A stretch of DNA of 64,000 nt, taken from contig JAXLNO010002420.1 of assembly GCA_038087875.1 (NCBI GenBank), positions 1 through 64,000 of the forward strand, in the 5' to 3' direction. The translations under genes were made by a program, and so were the position numbers. This DNA comes from Malacoraja senta. Lineage: Eukaryota. The notes under the pieces are model-generated. The model worked only from the letters and a program-made list of their open reading frames with translations, was not told the origin of the DNA and did not search any database. Shown here in pieces: positions 49,071 through 63,430 of the stretch. How positions within the stretch are numbered: the stretch's first letter is position 1; each line of letters starts with the position of its first letter.

Positions 49071-49114
49071 TTAAGCTGTGTCTGCGTTGTCCATGCACAC
49101 ACTCTCAGGGCAGA

Positions 49115-49420
49115 ATTAGTTTAGTTTAGTTTAGAGATACAGCATGGAAACAGGCCTTTCGGCCTACCAAATTTGCGAAGACCAATGATCCCTTTACATT
49201 GGCACTTTCCTACACACACTAGGTACAAATTACAATTTACAAACCAATTAACCTACAAACCTGTACGTCTTTGGAGTGTGGGAGGAAACTGGAGCACCCG
49301 GAGAAAACCCATGCGTTCACCCAACATACAAACTCCGTGTGGACCGCACCCATAGTCAGGATCGAACCCTGGTGTCTGGTGCTATAAGGCAGCAACTCTA
49401 CCGCTGCGCCACCCTGCCGC
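49115..49420 (-). mobile_element. V-domain SINE (HE1-like)
   Basis: (TTTAG)n tail ... ggagtgtgggaggaaact ... ctctaccgctgcgccacc. Confidence 0.8.
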
Positions 49421-49819
49421 CCCTAAGTATAGATATAGGGAAAGATACAGCAGCCTGAAAACCGTGACAACCAGATTCAAGAATAGTCTCTTCTCAGCAA
49501 TCATCAGGCTCTTCAACACCACACAAAACTAACTTCAGCATCTATGATCATCTACGGACTGTCTTTGAATGTAATATGAATTTAGTTTTTTGCACTATTA
49601 TGATAGTCCAGTATTACAGTTATTAATTTATTGTTATATTGATTGTTTTATATTATCTCTGTGTTATTGCAGTTACATGCAGGTGAAGCTGCAGCAAGTC
49701 AGAATTTTGTTGTTCTATTGTTGATACATAAGACAATTAAACAACTCTTACCTCGCATTTGATTTTGGGTAAAGCTCACTCCATATTACCCCCACCATAC
49801 ACTCAGGAAAAGTACAAGG

Positions 49820-50865
49820 AACAAGTACATGTTTAAGAAAGAACTGCAGATGCTGGAAAAATCCAAGGTAGACAAAAATGCTGGAGAAACTCAGCAGTGA
49901 GGCAGCATCTATGGAGCAAAGGAATAGGTGACGTTTTGGGTCGAGACCCTTCTTCAGACTGATATGGGGGTGTGGGGCGGGAAGAAGAAAGGAAGAGGTG
50001 GAAATAGTAGGCTGTGGGAGAGCTTCGAAGGGGAGGGGAAGGAGGGAGAAAGCAAAGACTACCTGAAAATGGAGGTCAATGTTCATACCGCTGGGGTGTA
50101 AACTACCCAAGCGAAAAATGATATGCTGCTCCTCCAATTTGCGGAGGGTCTTACTCTGGCCGTGGAGGAGACCCAGGACAGAAAGGTCGGATTCTGAATG
50201 GGAGGGGGAGTTGAAGTGCTGAGCCACTGGGAGATCAGGTTGGTTAATGCGGACTGAGCGGAGGTGTTGGGCGAAGCGATCGCCAATCCTGCGCTTGGTC
50301 TCACCGATGTAGAGCAGTTGACACCTAGAGCAGCGGATGCAATAGATGAGGTTGGAGGAGGGGCAGGTGAACTTCTGCCTCACTTGGAAAGACTGCTTAG
50401 GCCCTTGGATGGAGTCAAGGGGGGAGATAAAGCGACAAGTGTAGCATTTCCTGCGGTTGCAAGTGAAAGTGCCAGGGGAGGGGAAGGTTAAGGAACGGGG
50501 CTTCTTCTCTTCGACTGTAGATGAGGCTCTCAGCAGGGTCTCTTCTATATCTCGTTGCTCCGCTCTCACTCCCCATCCCCCCACTCGTGACAAGTCCCCC
50601 TTGTCCTCACATTACACCCTACCAGCCGTCACATACAACAGATAATCCTCCGACATATTCGCCACCTCCAACGGGATCCCATCACTGGCCACATCTTCTC
50701 ATCTTCTCCCCTTTCAGCTTTCTGAAGAGACTGCACCCTCTGTAACTCCCTGGTCAATTTGTCCCTTCCCACCCAAACCACTCCCTCCCCTGGTACTTTC
50801 CCTTGCAACTGCAGGAAATGCTACACTTGTCGCTTTACCTCCCCCCTTAACTCCATCCAAGGACC
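49820..50865 (-). mobile_element. Penelope-like element (Neptune-like): Cys-rich linker and GIY-YIG endonuclease on the minus strand, with an oppositely oriented PLE segment at about 50520-50865
   Basis: ORF 49748..50593 contains TCNRRKCYTC, LIYCIRCSRCQLLYIGETKRRIGDRFAQH, PVAQHFN..H and GMN. 50400-50480 is repeated in inverted form near 50780-50865. Confidence 0.88.
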
Positions 50866-51679
50866 TAGGCATGCCATGCTATCCAAACAGATTGGATATA
50901 CCATACACAGATATAATCAATTAAAAGGGGAATAATATCATGCAGCATAACGATCTCAGCATTGTAGCGCATCAGTTCCAGTGAGAAACACCAATGATCT
51001 CGGTGGATAGAGGTAAATCATACTTACCATAACCTACAGAAAAACTGTTCAGTAGCCAGATAACAGAGGGGAAGAAGCTGTCGCTGAGGCTGGTGGTACG
51101 TGCCTTCAATCTTCTGCACCTTCTGCCAAACGGGAGCCAAACTTATCCATGCCTTTCATAATTTTACATACTTCTATCAGGGCTCCCCTCAACTAATTGG
51201 AGCAGGGAACCAATGTAAGGACAGTTTTGGCAATGATACAAAAATAGATGAAATGGCACGGTTTAATGAGGAAAGTATGATTTTACAACAGGATATAGAT
51301 AGCTTGAGTGATTAGTCAAAACCTGGCTAATGTGTTTAATGTGGGAAACTGTGAGGTCATGCTGAAGATAGACACAAAATGCTGGAATAACTCAGCGGGA
51401 CAGGCAGCATCTCTAGATAGAAGGAATGGGTGACGTTTCAGGTCGAGACCCATTTTCGGACTGTAGAACTCTCGTTGGAGAGAGGAGAACTTCTTCAAAG
51501 TAGGCATACCTTGAGGAGATTTCTCAGTGGAGTAGCCAAATTGTGTAGGAAGGAACTGCAAATGCTGCTTCACACTGAAGGTAGACACAAAATGCTGGAG
51601 TAACTTAGCAGGACAAGCAGCATCTCTAGGTAGAATTGGTGATGTTTCGAGTCATGCTCTTTGGCATAAGGAATCAAGT

Positions 51680-52420
51680 CAGCTTGCCCCAATCAGTATC
51701 AATGGTGCCAAAGTAGAAATGGTTGAGAGCTTAAAATTCTTTGGTGTAAATATTACCAACGAACCTTGATGGACCAACCACATTGAAGGGACAGCCAAGA
51801 AGGCACACCAATGCCTCCACTTCCTCAGACGACTGAGGAAATTTGGTATGTGTCCAATGACTCTTACCAACTTCCATAGATGCACCATAGAAAGCATACT
51901 ATCAGGTTACATCACAGCTTGTTTTCAGAATAGCTTTGCCCAAGACCACAAGATATTGCAGAGAGGTGTAGATGTAGCACAGTCCATCACACAGACCAGA
52001 CTGCCCATCATTGTCTCCATTTACACTTCCTGCCTCTTCAGGAAGACAGCCAACATAGTCAAAGACCTTTCTCACACTAGCGATTCCTTTTTTCTCCACT
52101 TCCATCAGGCAGAAGATGCAGAGCTTAAAGGTGTAGAGCACCAGACACAGGAACAGCTTCTTCTCCTCTGTTATCAGGCTTTTGAATGTTCCATGTGCTA
52201 GGACCCATTCCCAATTCTCCTTTACCTCAATATGGCCATTGGATTTTGTCTCTGGAACTGTTGTACAATAATGTTGAGAGCTATATTCTTCACTCTGTAT
52301 CTTATCCTTCAGTCTGCCTATTGTACTTGCGTTTGGCTTGATAGTATTTATGTATACAACAGCAAACACAATGCTTTTCACCGTACCTTGGTACACATCA
52401 CAATAACAAACCTCAAGCTA
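51680..52420 (+). mobile_element. Rex1/Babar-like LINE 3' fragment
   Basis: The + strand reads KVEMVESLKFFGVNIT...AKKAHQCLHFLRRLRKFGM...FHRCTIESILSGYIT (partly ORF 51848..52201) and ends in a cttttcaccgtacc...cacaataacaaacc tail. Confidence 0.72.
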
Positions 52421-53159
52421 AACCTTAAATGGTGGATTCTTGTCTAAATGGAGAGAGACTGTAACTGAGTGAAGTTCAGATGGGATCTTGGTATTCAAGT
52501 GCATGCATCAAATTAAGTTAGTAGCAGGCCCAGTAACCAATGGAAAAAATGCAGTCTTTACTGCAAAGGGGATGGAATTTAAGAACAGGGAAGTTATATT
52601 GGAATTATGCAGGATGATAGTGAGTCAATAACTGGAAAACCGCACACAGTTTAACATTAAATAGGGTATAGGAGCATTGGATGCAGACCAGGTGAAATTC
52701 ACCAAACTAAGTCAAGAGATGAAAAGGTTGTCCCATCAAGAGCGGTAAACACTTTAGGTCTGCATTCCTTGGAGTGTAGAAAGTGATGAGTGACCTTATT
52801 CACACATGCAATATCTTAAGGGGCTTTTCATGATAGATGTTGAGATGTTTCACTGGTGGGAAAGTCTAAAAACAATGGGAAACAACTACAGAATAAGGGA
52901 CCAGTTGTTTAAAAGTGAGGTACATAAAAATTACTTCTTTCAGAACGGTGTGAATCGCTGGAATTCTGTGCCCAGAGGTGGTGGTGGCTAAGGCATTAGA
53001 TATGCTTATGAACAGATAGAGAAATCTTTGAAAGATTCAGGCAATTGACGGTTTTGGGGTAAAGGAACAGAGGAGTAGTCCACTTCTGCTATTTTTACTT
53101 GTGTTGTGGACGATTACCCTCATGAATAAAGTTAGAACTTGCAACCAACATTTCAATCA

Positions 53160-53680
53160 GAGGGGCACAGCAGTGGAGTTACTTCCTTGCAGTACCTGTG
53201 ACTCCGGTTTGATCCTGACTAAGGGTGCTGTCTGTACCAACTTTGTATGTTCTCTCTGTGACTGCATGGGTTTTCCCTGGTGCTTTCGTTTCCTCCCAGT
53301 TCCAAAGACCTGCAGGTTTATAGGTTAATTGGCATCTGTAAATTGTCCTATGTGTATAGGATAGAACTGTGTAGGCAGCATGGTGACGCAAAGGGGTGGC
53401 ACGGAGTAGCAGCGGTAGAGTTGCTACAGTGGCAGAGACCCAGGTTTGATCTTGACCATGGGTGCTGTATGTATGGATTTTTTACGTTCTCCCTTTGACC
53501 TGTGTGGGTTTTCTCTGGGGCTTCCAGCTTCCTCCCACACTCCAAAGACATGCAGGTTTGCAGGTTAATTGCCCCAGGTGTGTGTAGGATAGTGTTAGTG
53601 TGGGGGGATCACTGGTCAGCACAGACTCAGTGGGCCTAAGGGCCTGTTTCAAGGCTGTACCTCTAAACCAAACTAATCTA
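53160..53680 (+). mobile_element. Two tandem V-domain SINE copies (about 53160-53365 truncated, and 53393-53680)
   Basis: Two heads and two V cores; the second copy carries the tail. Confidence 0.75.
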
Positions 53681-54559
53681 AGGAGCTGAGGCCAACTGAA
53701 CAGTGATCATTTTATTGAATGGTGGAACAAGTTTGGTGACTATTCTCAGGGGCTGATAGCCTACTACTGTTCTATTTCCTCCTGTTCTTGATAGTTCCCC
53801 TCATGGAGGAAACTAGACCTTGGAGGCCAAGGTTTCAAACTGAGGAGAAAATTGATTTATTTTTCTCCCAGATGATAACGAATCATGGGAATTTTCAACT
53901 GCAGAGTGTAGATTCATTACGTTACTGAGAAGGATGGATTTGTTTCTTTGGGAAGTTGTTGGTTACTGGCTACAGACTCTTCTGGTCATGAGTAGATCAG
54001 TCATGACCTAATTGAGCTGCAGAACAGACTTTACTCATGGCCAACAACTACTTCATTTTTCTTGTGATCTCTACAATTACCCACTACAATCATTGCACTC
54101 TTACTTGTTTATGATTGCACTCATGTATGGTGTATTATGACTGGATAGCATGCAAAACATGGTATTTCACCGTATTTTTGTACACATTACAATAATAAAC
54201 TCAACTTTAGGGAGAAGGGAGCAGAATAATGTGGCCTCTATCAGTGGTTGAGTAATATGGACTAAAACATTGGTTTGGACTAATTCTGCCAGTGGCTTGT
54301 GGGCCTATTCCTGCTTCTCCTTTCTTGTGTTCATGTATTTGATGTCTCTTGCTTACTGTGGTCACTGCTGTGAGTTATAACTCCAGTAACATAAGCAAAT
54401 TAGTTCAGCACTATCCGAGCAAAATTAAAAGCATTTTTAAAAATGCAGACTTAAATCTGATGTAGTGAGGGAGAAACACAGACATCTTTGGGTTGATTGA
54501 AATGATTTTGGTTAAGAGCTGAAAATTAAAATGAATAGAAATTAACATTTTGACATTAG

Positions 54560-54855
54560 ACTTCAGAGGTACATCATGGAAGCAGGCCCTTCGGCCCACC
54601 GAGTCCTCGCTAACTCCCCGTACAATAGTACTATACCACGACAGGTGACAATTTACAATTTTACCAAAGCAAATTAACCTAAAAACCTGTACTTCTTTGA
54701 GATGTGGGAGGAAACTGGAGCACCCAGAGAAAAACAATGCAGTCACGCATGGAGATGCAGGGAGAATGTACAAACACCGTACAGACAGCACCGTTAGTCA
54801 GAATCGACCTGAGTCTCTGCTGCTATAGGCAGCAACTCTACCGTTGCAACACTGA
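54560..54855 (-). mobile_element. V-domain SINE (HE1-like), degenerate
   Basis: gcaggcccttcggcccaccgagtc...gatgtgggaggaaactggagc...gcagcaactctaccgttgc. Confidence 0.72.
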
Positions 54856-55471
54856 GGATATCTTGAATTACAAAAGCAATATTTTGGGCTCATCACCAAC
54901 CATACCAGCACCTGCATTCTTTATATGGTACATTGATATGGAGTTTATTGCATTGAAACAGGCCCACAAGCCTGCCCTGTTGTTCAATACAATCCCTCAG
55001 TCATTCCTGATCTGGTTTGATTAGGATGCAAATAAAAGCTTTTCACTATATCACAATACAAGTGACAATAATAAACCAATACCAATGCTATTGTGTAAGT
55101 TCTCCCCATATCGGATATAGATCCTTGATAAATTTGTAGACACCATCGCCGTCTATATCCACCACCATTTGCTCCACAGTTTCAATGTCCAAACTAGCTT
55201 CCAATATAACTGTTTTACAGAATTCCATTTTGAGTTGAAAGATACAACATGGAAACAGGCCCTTCAGCCCACCATGCTGACCACCGGTCACCCCTTCATA
55301 CTAGTTCAATGTTATCCCACTTTTTTGTCCAATCCCCACACACACTAGGGGAAATTTACAGATGTCAATTAACTGACAAACCCACACACCTGTGGAATGT
55401 GGGAGAAAACCAGAGCACCCGGGAAGAACCCAGGTGGTCACAGGAAGAAGGAACAAAATCTATACAGTAGC

Positions 55472-55637
55472 TAGACAAAAATGCTGGAGAAACCCAGGGG
55501 GTGAGGCAGCATCTATGGAGCGAAGGAATAGTTTTGGGTCAAGACCCTTCTTGGAGGGTTTCGACCAGAAACGTCGCCTATTCCTTTGCTCCATAGATGC
55601 TGCCTCACCCGCTGAGTTTCTCCAGCATTTTTGTCTA
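55472..55637. repeat. Fold-back element: 60-bp inverted arms derived from Penelope terminal repeats
   Basis: 55472-55531 is the reverse complement of 55578-55637 with about 3-4 mismatches. The 46-nt centre holds two opposed hammerhead stem-II remnants. Confidence 0.82.
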
Positions 55638-56699
55638 CCTTCGATTTTTCCAGCATCTGCAGTTCTTTCTTAAAGAAAATCTACACAGACAATACCAGAG
55701 GTCAGGATCTAACGCTGGTCTCTGGTGCTGTGAGGCAGCAGCTCTACCTGCTGTGTACAGTGTTTGGTTTCCTCCTTTTTGTTCTGCATTGTAATGATTC
55801 AAGTCAGGATAGGCATTGGATTTATGGGTCTCCTGAATGGTAACATAAGGAGCAGTTAGCAGCATAAGAATGGAGTTATCTGAAACGTAATTACAGTTCC
55901 AGGCAACTACGCCCTGCCTTTCCATTCCATTTGCTATAGAGTGCGATAAAACCAAAGTGCTGGAGTAACTCAGCAGGTCGGGCAACATCTCTGGAGGACA
56001 TTGACAGGCGCTGTTTCAGATTGGGACCCTACTTCAGACTGACAATAGTCACCTATCCTTTTTCTCCAAAGATGCTGCTCGACCCGTTGAGTTACTCCAG
56101 CGCTTTGTGTCTATCGTCACCTATCTATGCCCTCCGGAGTTGTGACCTGACCTGCTGAGTTACACCAGCACTTTGGGTCTTTTGTTGTTGTAAATCAGCA
56201 TCAGCACCTCCTCGTGTCTCCATTACAGTCAATTGTTTCCTGCTGGTTCAATGACATCGCTCGACAACTGGTGACGACCCGTGGTATTTTGATTCTGATT
56301 GCATGATGAGATCCTGCTTTGATGTTGGTGAAGTTTGGCTCAGTTGCTGCTGTTGATGTGAGAGGTTGTGCGTGAAATGATTCTGTTCATCTTGTTGAGT
56401 TTCTTCCGCGTACAAGGGGCAGGTAAGTTAATGATTCTCATTTTATTCGCTACTGGCTAAAAGCGTCTTGGCTTTATCTCAATCTTGACCGGAGGCGACT
56501 GAGTTTAAAAAAGCGCGCAATACACATTCAGTCTGGTTCATGGTTCATGCGGACGGACGTTAAAAGGGTTTAATCTCCACTGTTTCAGTACAATCCAGAC
56601 TGGAATTTCTGCATTGATTTGCACAATGCCCCGTTTCCTTTGTGGAAGAAGGAACTACAGATATTGGTTTAAACTGATTTTAACTCGTGTAAAACAAAC

Positions 56700-57610
56700 A
56701 GGAGCGAGGCATTCACTAGGGTTTCCTCGCTGCTCCGCTCTTGCTCTCCCTTCCCCCCACATTCGTAACAAGGACAGAGTCCCCCTTGTCCTCACCTTCC
56801 ACCCCATCAGCCGTCGCACAGCATATGATCCTCCATCATTTTTTGCCACCTCCAACAGGATCCCAATACTGGCCACATCTTCCCATCTCCACCTCTTTCT
56901 GCTTTCCGTGGAGACCATTCCCTCCGAAATTCCCTGGTCAACTCGTCCTTTTCCACCCAAACCACCCCCTCCCCAGGTACTTTCCCCTGCAACCGCAGGA
57001 GATGCAACACGTGTCCCTTTCCCTCCCTTCTCGACTCCATCCAAGGACCCAAACAGTCTTTCCAGGTGAGGCAGAGGTTCACTTGCACCTCCTCCAACCT
57101 CATCTACTGTATCCGCAGTTGCAGGTGTCAACTTCTCTACATCAGTGAGGCCAAGCACAGGCTCGGCAATCATTTCACTGAACTACTCCGCTCTGTCCAT
57201 CTTAACCTACCTGATCTCCTGGTTGCTCAGCACTTCAACTTCCCCTCCCATTCACAATCTGACCTTTCTGTCCTGGGCCTCCTCCATTGTCAGGGTGAGG
57301 CCCAGTGCAAATTGGAGGAATAGCACCTCATATTTCACTTGGGTAGTTTACACCCCAGCGGTATGAACATTGACTTCTCTAACTTTAAATTGCCCTTGCT
57401 TTCCCTCTCTATCCCCTCCCCCTTCCCAGTTCTTCCACTAGTCTTAGTGTCTTCAACTACATTCTATCTTTGTCCCATCAACTCCCCTGACATCAGTCTG
57501 AAGAAGGGTCTCGACCCGATAGGTCGCCCATTCCTTCTCTCCAGAGATGCTGCTGGCCTGCTGAGTTACTCCAGCATTTTGTGTCTACCTTCGAGTTAAA
57601 CCAGCATCTG
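56700..57610 (+). mobile_element. Penelope-like element 3' fragment (linker, GIY-YIG, terminal repeat)
   Basis: ORF 57066..57323: FTCTSSNLIYCIRSCRCQLLYISEAKHRLG..., followed by ctgaagaagggtctcgacccg. Confidence 0.85.
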
Positions 57611-57867
57611 CAGTTCTATCCTACACAAAGTGCATTGTTTGACAGGTTCAAGTTTATGGCCAAATTCCTCGTATGTTGCAAAACATACTTGGCGAATAAA
57701 GTGTGATTCTGATTCTGATTGATCTGATTCTGAAATGTGGGAAGAGAGCGAGGCACTAGTACAATGCAAAATCATTAAAAGATTAGCACACACTGTGGAT
57801 TTTGCTATTGACTGAGTGACAACTCTTAGCTCCAAACGTGCGGTCGTCACGTTTATGTTGTTTAGTA

Positions 57868-58330
57868 GTGATGTGGCCAAGTTTGCAGATGATGCTAAAA
57901 TAGGTGGAGGGGCAGGCAGTGTAGAGGATGCAAGGACTTTGCAGAAGGACTTGTTCGGGTTAGGAGAGTGGGCAGAGAAGTGGCAGATGAAATCCAGTAT
58001 AGCAAAGTGTGGAGACATGCATTTTGGTAATAAGAATAAAGGCGTAGATTATTTTACAAATGGAGAGAGAATCCAGAAATCGGAGGCACACAGTGACATG
58101 GGAGTGTTGGTGCAGGACTCCTAAAAGGTTAATTTGCAAATTGAATCGGTAGTCAGGAAGGTGATTTATATCAAGAGGACTGGAATACAAAAACAGAAAA
58201 TGCCGCCCGATTTGTAAGAGTGTCAAAGGTCACAGGGAGATGACAGGAGAACGGCACTGAGAGGGAACGATAGGTCAGCCATGATTAAATTGTGGAGTAA
58301 ACTCGATGGGCTGAACAACCAAATTCTGCA
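57868..58330 (+). mobile_element. CR1 RT fragment with internal deletion and 3' UTR
   Basis: ORF 57816..58124: KFADDAKIGG...LQKDL..LGEWAEKWQMK. Confidence 0.8.
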
Positions 58331-61300
58331 CCTTTGACTTATGAAGTGAGTCAAAGTTCAGAACATGAGGGATGATCTTTTTATTTCTCCCCAGACTGGT
58401 GTGTCTGGAACCAAAATTCACAGTTTAAAAATAAGGCTTCAGACATTCTTATGGCACCAAAACATGGTGACACTTGTGTATTGCCTAGGTTAGGTCTGCT
58501 ATATGATTTTACCGTTGTATGCGAAACAAAGTATTTCACTGTACCTAGGTGCATGTGACAATAAAATATCATTGAATCGTTGAATTCAGTGCAGTAATGA
58601 GATGAAATCTTTTCACCCAGAGGGTAATTAGTCTTTCAAATTCTCTGTCCAAGAAGGCTGTGGGCATTCAGTCAATCAGATGCTTGAGGCAGGGATAGGA
58701 AGATGCTTGGATACAAAAGGAATTCTGGGTTAGTTCGGGAAAATGGTTGTCTGCTGGAGGATCGGTTATGATCTTATAGAATATCAGAGATTGGGAACAA
58801 AGGATGAATGGCAACATTTTGCTGATGTTAGGTTTGATCCCACTCCACAAGAGAATCCAGAAGGAAAGAGAGTATAGAGTGTTCAATTGTCATATGTGCT
58901 GACTACAAAACAATGAAATTCTTGTAGCAGCTTAGCAGACCTGTAAGACAAAACAAATAGATAACATACTAAAAATCCAGTTAATTGATAATCCCAATAC
59001 ATGTGCAAAAACACCTCGAATGCTTAGTTTAACCAAAGACAGTCCATAGGTCTACAGGGTCCGACTCGACACATTACCTATCCATGCTGCCTGATCTGCT
59101 GAGTTACTCCAACACTTTATTTTGTTCATTAATCATAGCTGAGTGTAGTGTAGTTCAGGGTTCAATATACGGGAAGATTTTAATGATCACATTCCAACAT
59201 GCATCTCTAGAGCCAAACAAAACAATGACATTCTCCTTTGATGGTAATAATCTAATTTGGTGAAAGGGGAAACAGGCTTAGATATAAAGAATAACATTTA
59301 TAGCAGTTCCAATGTAGGAAAATGCTTCAATGAGATTCGTAAGAATATTATTCTGTAACATTTTACTTCGAGCAGTATAATGGCATGACATGACAATTAG
59401 CAAAATAAACATTTAAGGTGCATCTTAAAGGAAGAATAAGAGGAAGGGATATTTAGAGAGCAATTCTATTACTTAGGCCTGCTCTTCAGATGAAATACTT
59501 AAATTTGTGAATAATCAGGAAGTTATACTGCCCGGTTCATCGTGGGTTCTGACCTCACCACCATCGAAGGGATCCACACGAGACGCTGCCTCAAAAAGGA
59601 AGGCAACATCATCCCCCTGGCCACGCTTTCATTACCTCCCACCATGGGGAAGAAAGTATAGGTGTCTGAAAACCATGACAACCAGGTTCAAGAATAGCTT
59701 CTTCCCAACAACTATCACGCACTTGAACAATACACAACGCTAACCTCAACTGTGAAATTGTATGGACTGTATGCATGCCGAGGGAGGAGCTGCGTAGGAA
59801 GGAACTGCAGATGCTGGTTTAAACCGAAGATAGACACAAAATGCTGGAGTAACTCAGCGGGTCCGACAGCGACTCTGGAGAAAAGGAATAGGTAGCGTTT
59901 CAGGTCGAGACCATTCTTCAGACTGATAGTCAGGGGAAAGGGAAACGAGAGATACAGGCGGTGATATAGAGATATATAAGAACAAATGATTGAAAGATAT
60001 GCTTTGAATGAAAGAGCTGTTGGTCTTAGATATTTAAATACAATGATCAGAGTTTAAAATCTGAATATTTTTCAATCAGAAAGATGATGGGTGAATGGGA
60101 TGGAGCAAGTTAGCACAATGATGACAAAGTTTGAAGAAGGGCCTCAATCTGATACATCACCCATTCCTATTCTCCAGAGATGCTGCCTGACCCACTGAGT
60201 TATTCCAGCATTTTGTGTCTATCGCTAAGTGCTGGAGTAACTCAGCTGGGCAGGCAGCATCTCCGGAGAACGTGGCTAGATGACGTTTAGGGTAAACACC
60301 CTTCCACAGAGTGAAGAAGGGGTCTTGACCCGAAACATCTATCCATCATCACATATCCATGATCTCCAGGGATGCTGCCGGACCCACTAAGGTGCTCCAG
60401 CACTTTGCGTCTCTTTGTGAACCAACATTTGTAGTTCCTTGTTTCTTCAATGTAAATTGACTGTCATTTGTAGGTAAGTGATAGAATCTGGAGAGAGATG
60501 ATGGGAACTTGCAGAGAATAAGAATGAGTTGATCAAGAGCAAGAGTTTAATTGTCATCTGTACTGGCAATGGAACAATGAAATTCTTATACACATATTAA
60601 ATATACAACAATCAATGGTAAAATAAATTACTCTTAGTTATACTAGGTAACCAGACCATAACAGTGGAAAAACAAACGTCCTTACTGCAACCAAAATAAA
60701 GTCCATCACAGATCAGATTTGTTGAGGTAAGGTTGTGGTTCGTGTTGTGCAGTGTTTAAATGCCTGCTGCTCATGAGAAAAAAGCTGCTCTTAAACCTGG
60801 AGCTGACAGTTCTCAGGCTCTCTAACCTCAGAGACAGTTGATTGGTTCAACGGTATTTTATATGTGGCAAGTACCGAGGTACAGTGAAATTCATTATTGT
60901 ATACAGTTTAGTACAAGTATCACTATATATAAGTCCTTAGATACATCTTAGATAAGCATCTCGGATACAGTATAAGTGTATAGCAGTAGTAAGCTGAGAC
61001 AGTATACAGTGTCGCCAGTTTATGGTGCCATTTTCATGTCCCAGTTGTTGTAAGTGAGGGTTCTTGGCCTGACCATGAGGCCCATTGTCCTGGTGTTGTT
61101 GAGGGTTGACCTGTCCAATCGAAGCTGTGGTGTCCTCTACTGCTGCAGGGCGCAACTGGTCCATGTGCCCGGCCTCTTGGATCAGCGCCTGGAACAGCCA
61201 AGTCCCAGGCTGCTGTAGGGCCTCCAGCACCCACTCCACTGTTGAGGCAGTCCATTCCCTCCCGCAGCCTGTCTGCCTATAAGCCATCCATCTGACTCCT

Positions 61301-63144
61301 TCCACTCTGGGCGGGAGAGCTGGGCCTTCCAGGTGGGTCCTCCATCCACGGTCCACAGCGAGCAAGAACTCAGTCCGTGATGGATGGGCCAGATCTTCCG
61401 GGCGAATTCCAGGTCCAGGGTGTCCGGCCCTGAGAGTATGGCCAGGGTGGTGTGGGTCTCTGATGATATTAGCTGTCTTTCTGAGGCAGCACCTCCTGTA
61501 GATCTATTCAATGGTGGGATGGAATGGTATGGAATGAGTGCTTCATGGTCAGTGGACTGTTGGCTGAAGGTTCTGTTTGTGTGTCTCTGTGACTATATGT
61601 GTGGAGAAGGCTTCAAAAGAGTAGGTGAAGGGGCATTCTAAATGATGGGATGCACATATCATTGTAAACGGGGCCCTCAAAGTATTGATCTGTAAAATGC
61701 TAAATCTGCATTTCATTGCAGTGGACTAGAGTTTAATGGTAGCCAATCCACATAAACACTTGTTCTTGTCTATGGCGAGTTTTGCAGACTGCTCCAATTA
61801 CAATAAATTAATATATAAAGAGAGTGGGATACTAGAAGGTACATTCCTTTTATCCATAGATGCTGCCTGTTCCACTGCATTACTCCAGTATTTTGTCTCT
61901 ATCTTTGGTGTAAGCCAGCATGTGCAGTGCCTTCCTACACACACAAGAAGGATCCCAACAATGGGTTCTGTTTGTATGGAGTTGATACGTTCTCCCTGTG
62001 ACCGCTCGGCTTTCCTCTTGGTGCTCAGAGGGCAGTGGAGGCCGGTTCTCTGGATACTTTCAAGAGAGAGCTAGATGGGCCTCTTAAAGATAGCGGGGTC
62101 AGGGGATATGGGGAGAAGGCAGGAACGGGGTACTGATTGGGGATGATCAGCCATGATCACATTGAATGGCGGTGCTGGCTCAAAGGGCCAAATGGCCTAC
62201 TCTTGCACCTATTGTCTATTGTCTATTGTTTCCTCCCACGTTCCAAAGACGTGTGTGTTTGTAGGTTTATTGGCCACTGTAAATTGCCCTGAGTGTGTAG
62301 GATGTGAAACAGGGAAAACATAGAACTAGTGTATGGGTTGATGGTCAGTGCAGACTCAGTGGGCAGAAAGGCCTGTTTCCATGCTGCATCTGTTAAAAAA
62401 GATTGGTGAGCATGATACCCGAATTCAAACGTCACAGAGAAACCAACACATTTTAGTTTGTACAGACAAGAACACCCAAGAATGTTTGTATTCAAACAGA
62501 CCAACAAAGTAATAAAGGTTTGCAGGTACAAAGTTCAACAGTGAGCATTGCTTAATCTAATCTTATACTTAGAACATTGTAGACGTAGGGCATTCAGCAC
62601 AGGGAGGCTGTCCCATTGAGGGGGACGAGAACAAATGGGGAACTGTGGGGATGGGGGCGCCACTAAGAACAAAGGGGGAACTGGTGGGGATGGGGTCTGC
62701 TGCCATGTGTGGCAACAGGCAGTGGATAGGACTGTTCGGTACTTTGTAACTTTGTCTGCGCCAACACATGACGACATTTTTGTACAGCCTAGGTTCAGTT
62801 TAGTTTATTGTCACGTGTCGAGGTACAGTGAAAAGCTTTTTGTTGCTTACTAACCAGTCAGTAGAAAGACAATACATGATTACAATAATGTTTAATGCAA
62901 GGTGAAGCCAGCAAAGTCCGGTCAAGGATAGACCGAGGTTGCATGGAAAACAAAGCATTTCACTATACCCAGGTACCCTGGGTACATGTGACAATAGAGT
63001 ATCATTCAATCATTCTTTCATTCATCAGTCCTATTCCTCACAATTTATTTTCCATATAACACAGGCACCCATGGCCGCCAATGCTCCTTTGATTTTCTTT
63101 GCCATTTACGTGTGTTGATCTGGCTAATGGGTTTTGTGAAGTAC

Positions 63145-63430
63145 AGCACAGTGGTGCAATGGTAGAGAGTTGCTGCCTCATAGCGCCAGAGACCCAGGTT
63201 CAATCCTGACTTCAGGTCTGTCTATGTGGCGTTTGCACATTTTCACTGTGACCGAGTGGGTTTCCTCCAGGTGTTCCGGTTTCCTCCCACAACCCAAAGG
63301 CATGCAGCTTTGTAGGTTAATTGGCCTATGTAAATTGCCCCTAGTGTGTAAAGAGTGGACGAGAAAGTGGAATAACTAGAGTGAATGGGAGATCAATGGT
63401 CAGCATGGACCCAGTGGGCCTGTTTCCGCT
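63145..63430 (+). mobile_element. V-domain SINE (HE1-like)
   Basis: gtggtgcaatggtagag...caggttcaatcctgac...ggtttcctcccac...gggcctgtttccgct. Confidence 0.78.
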
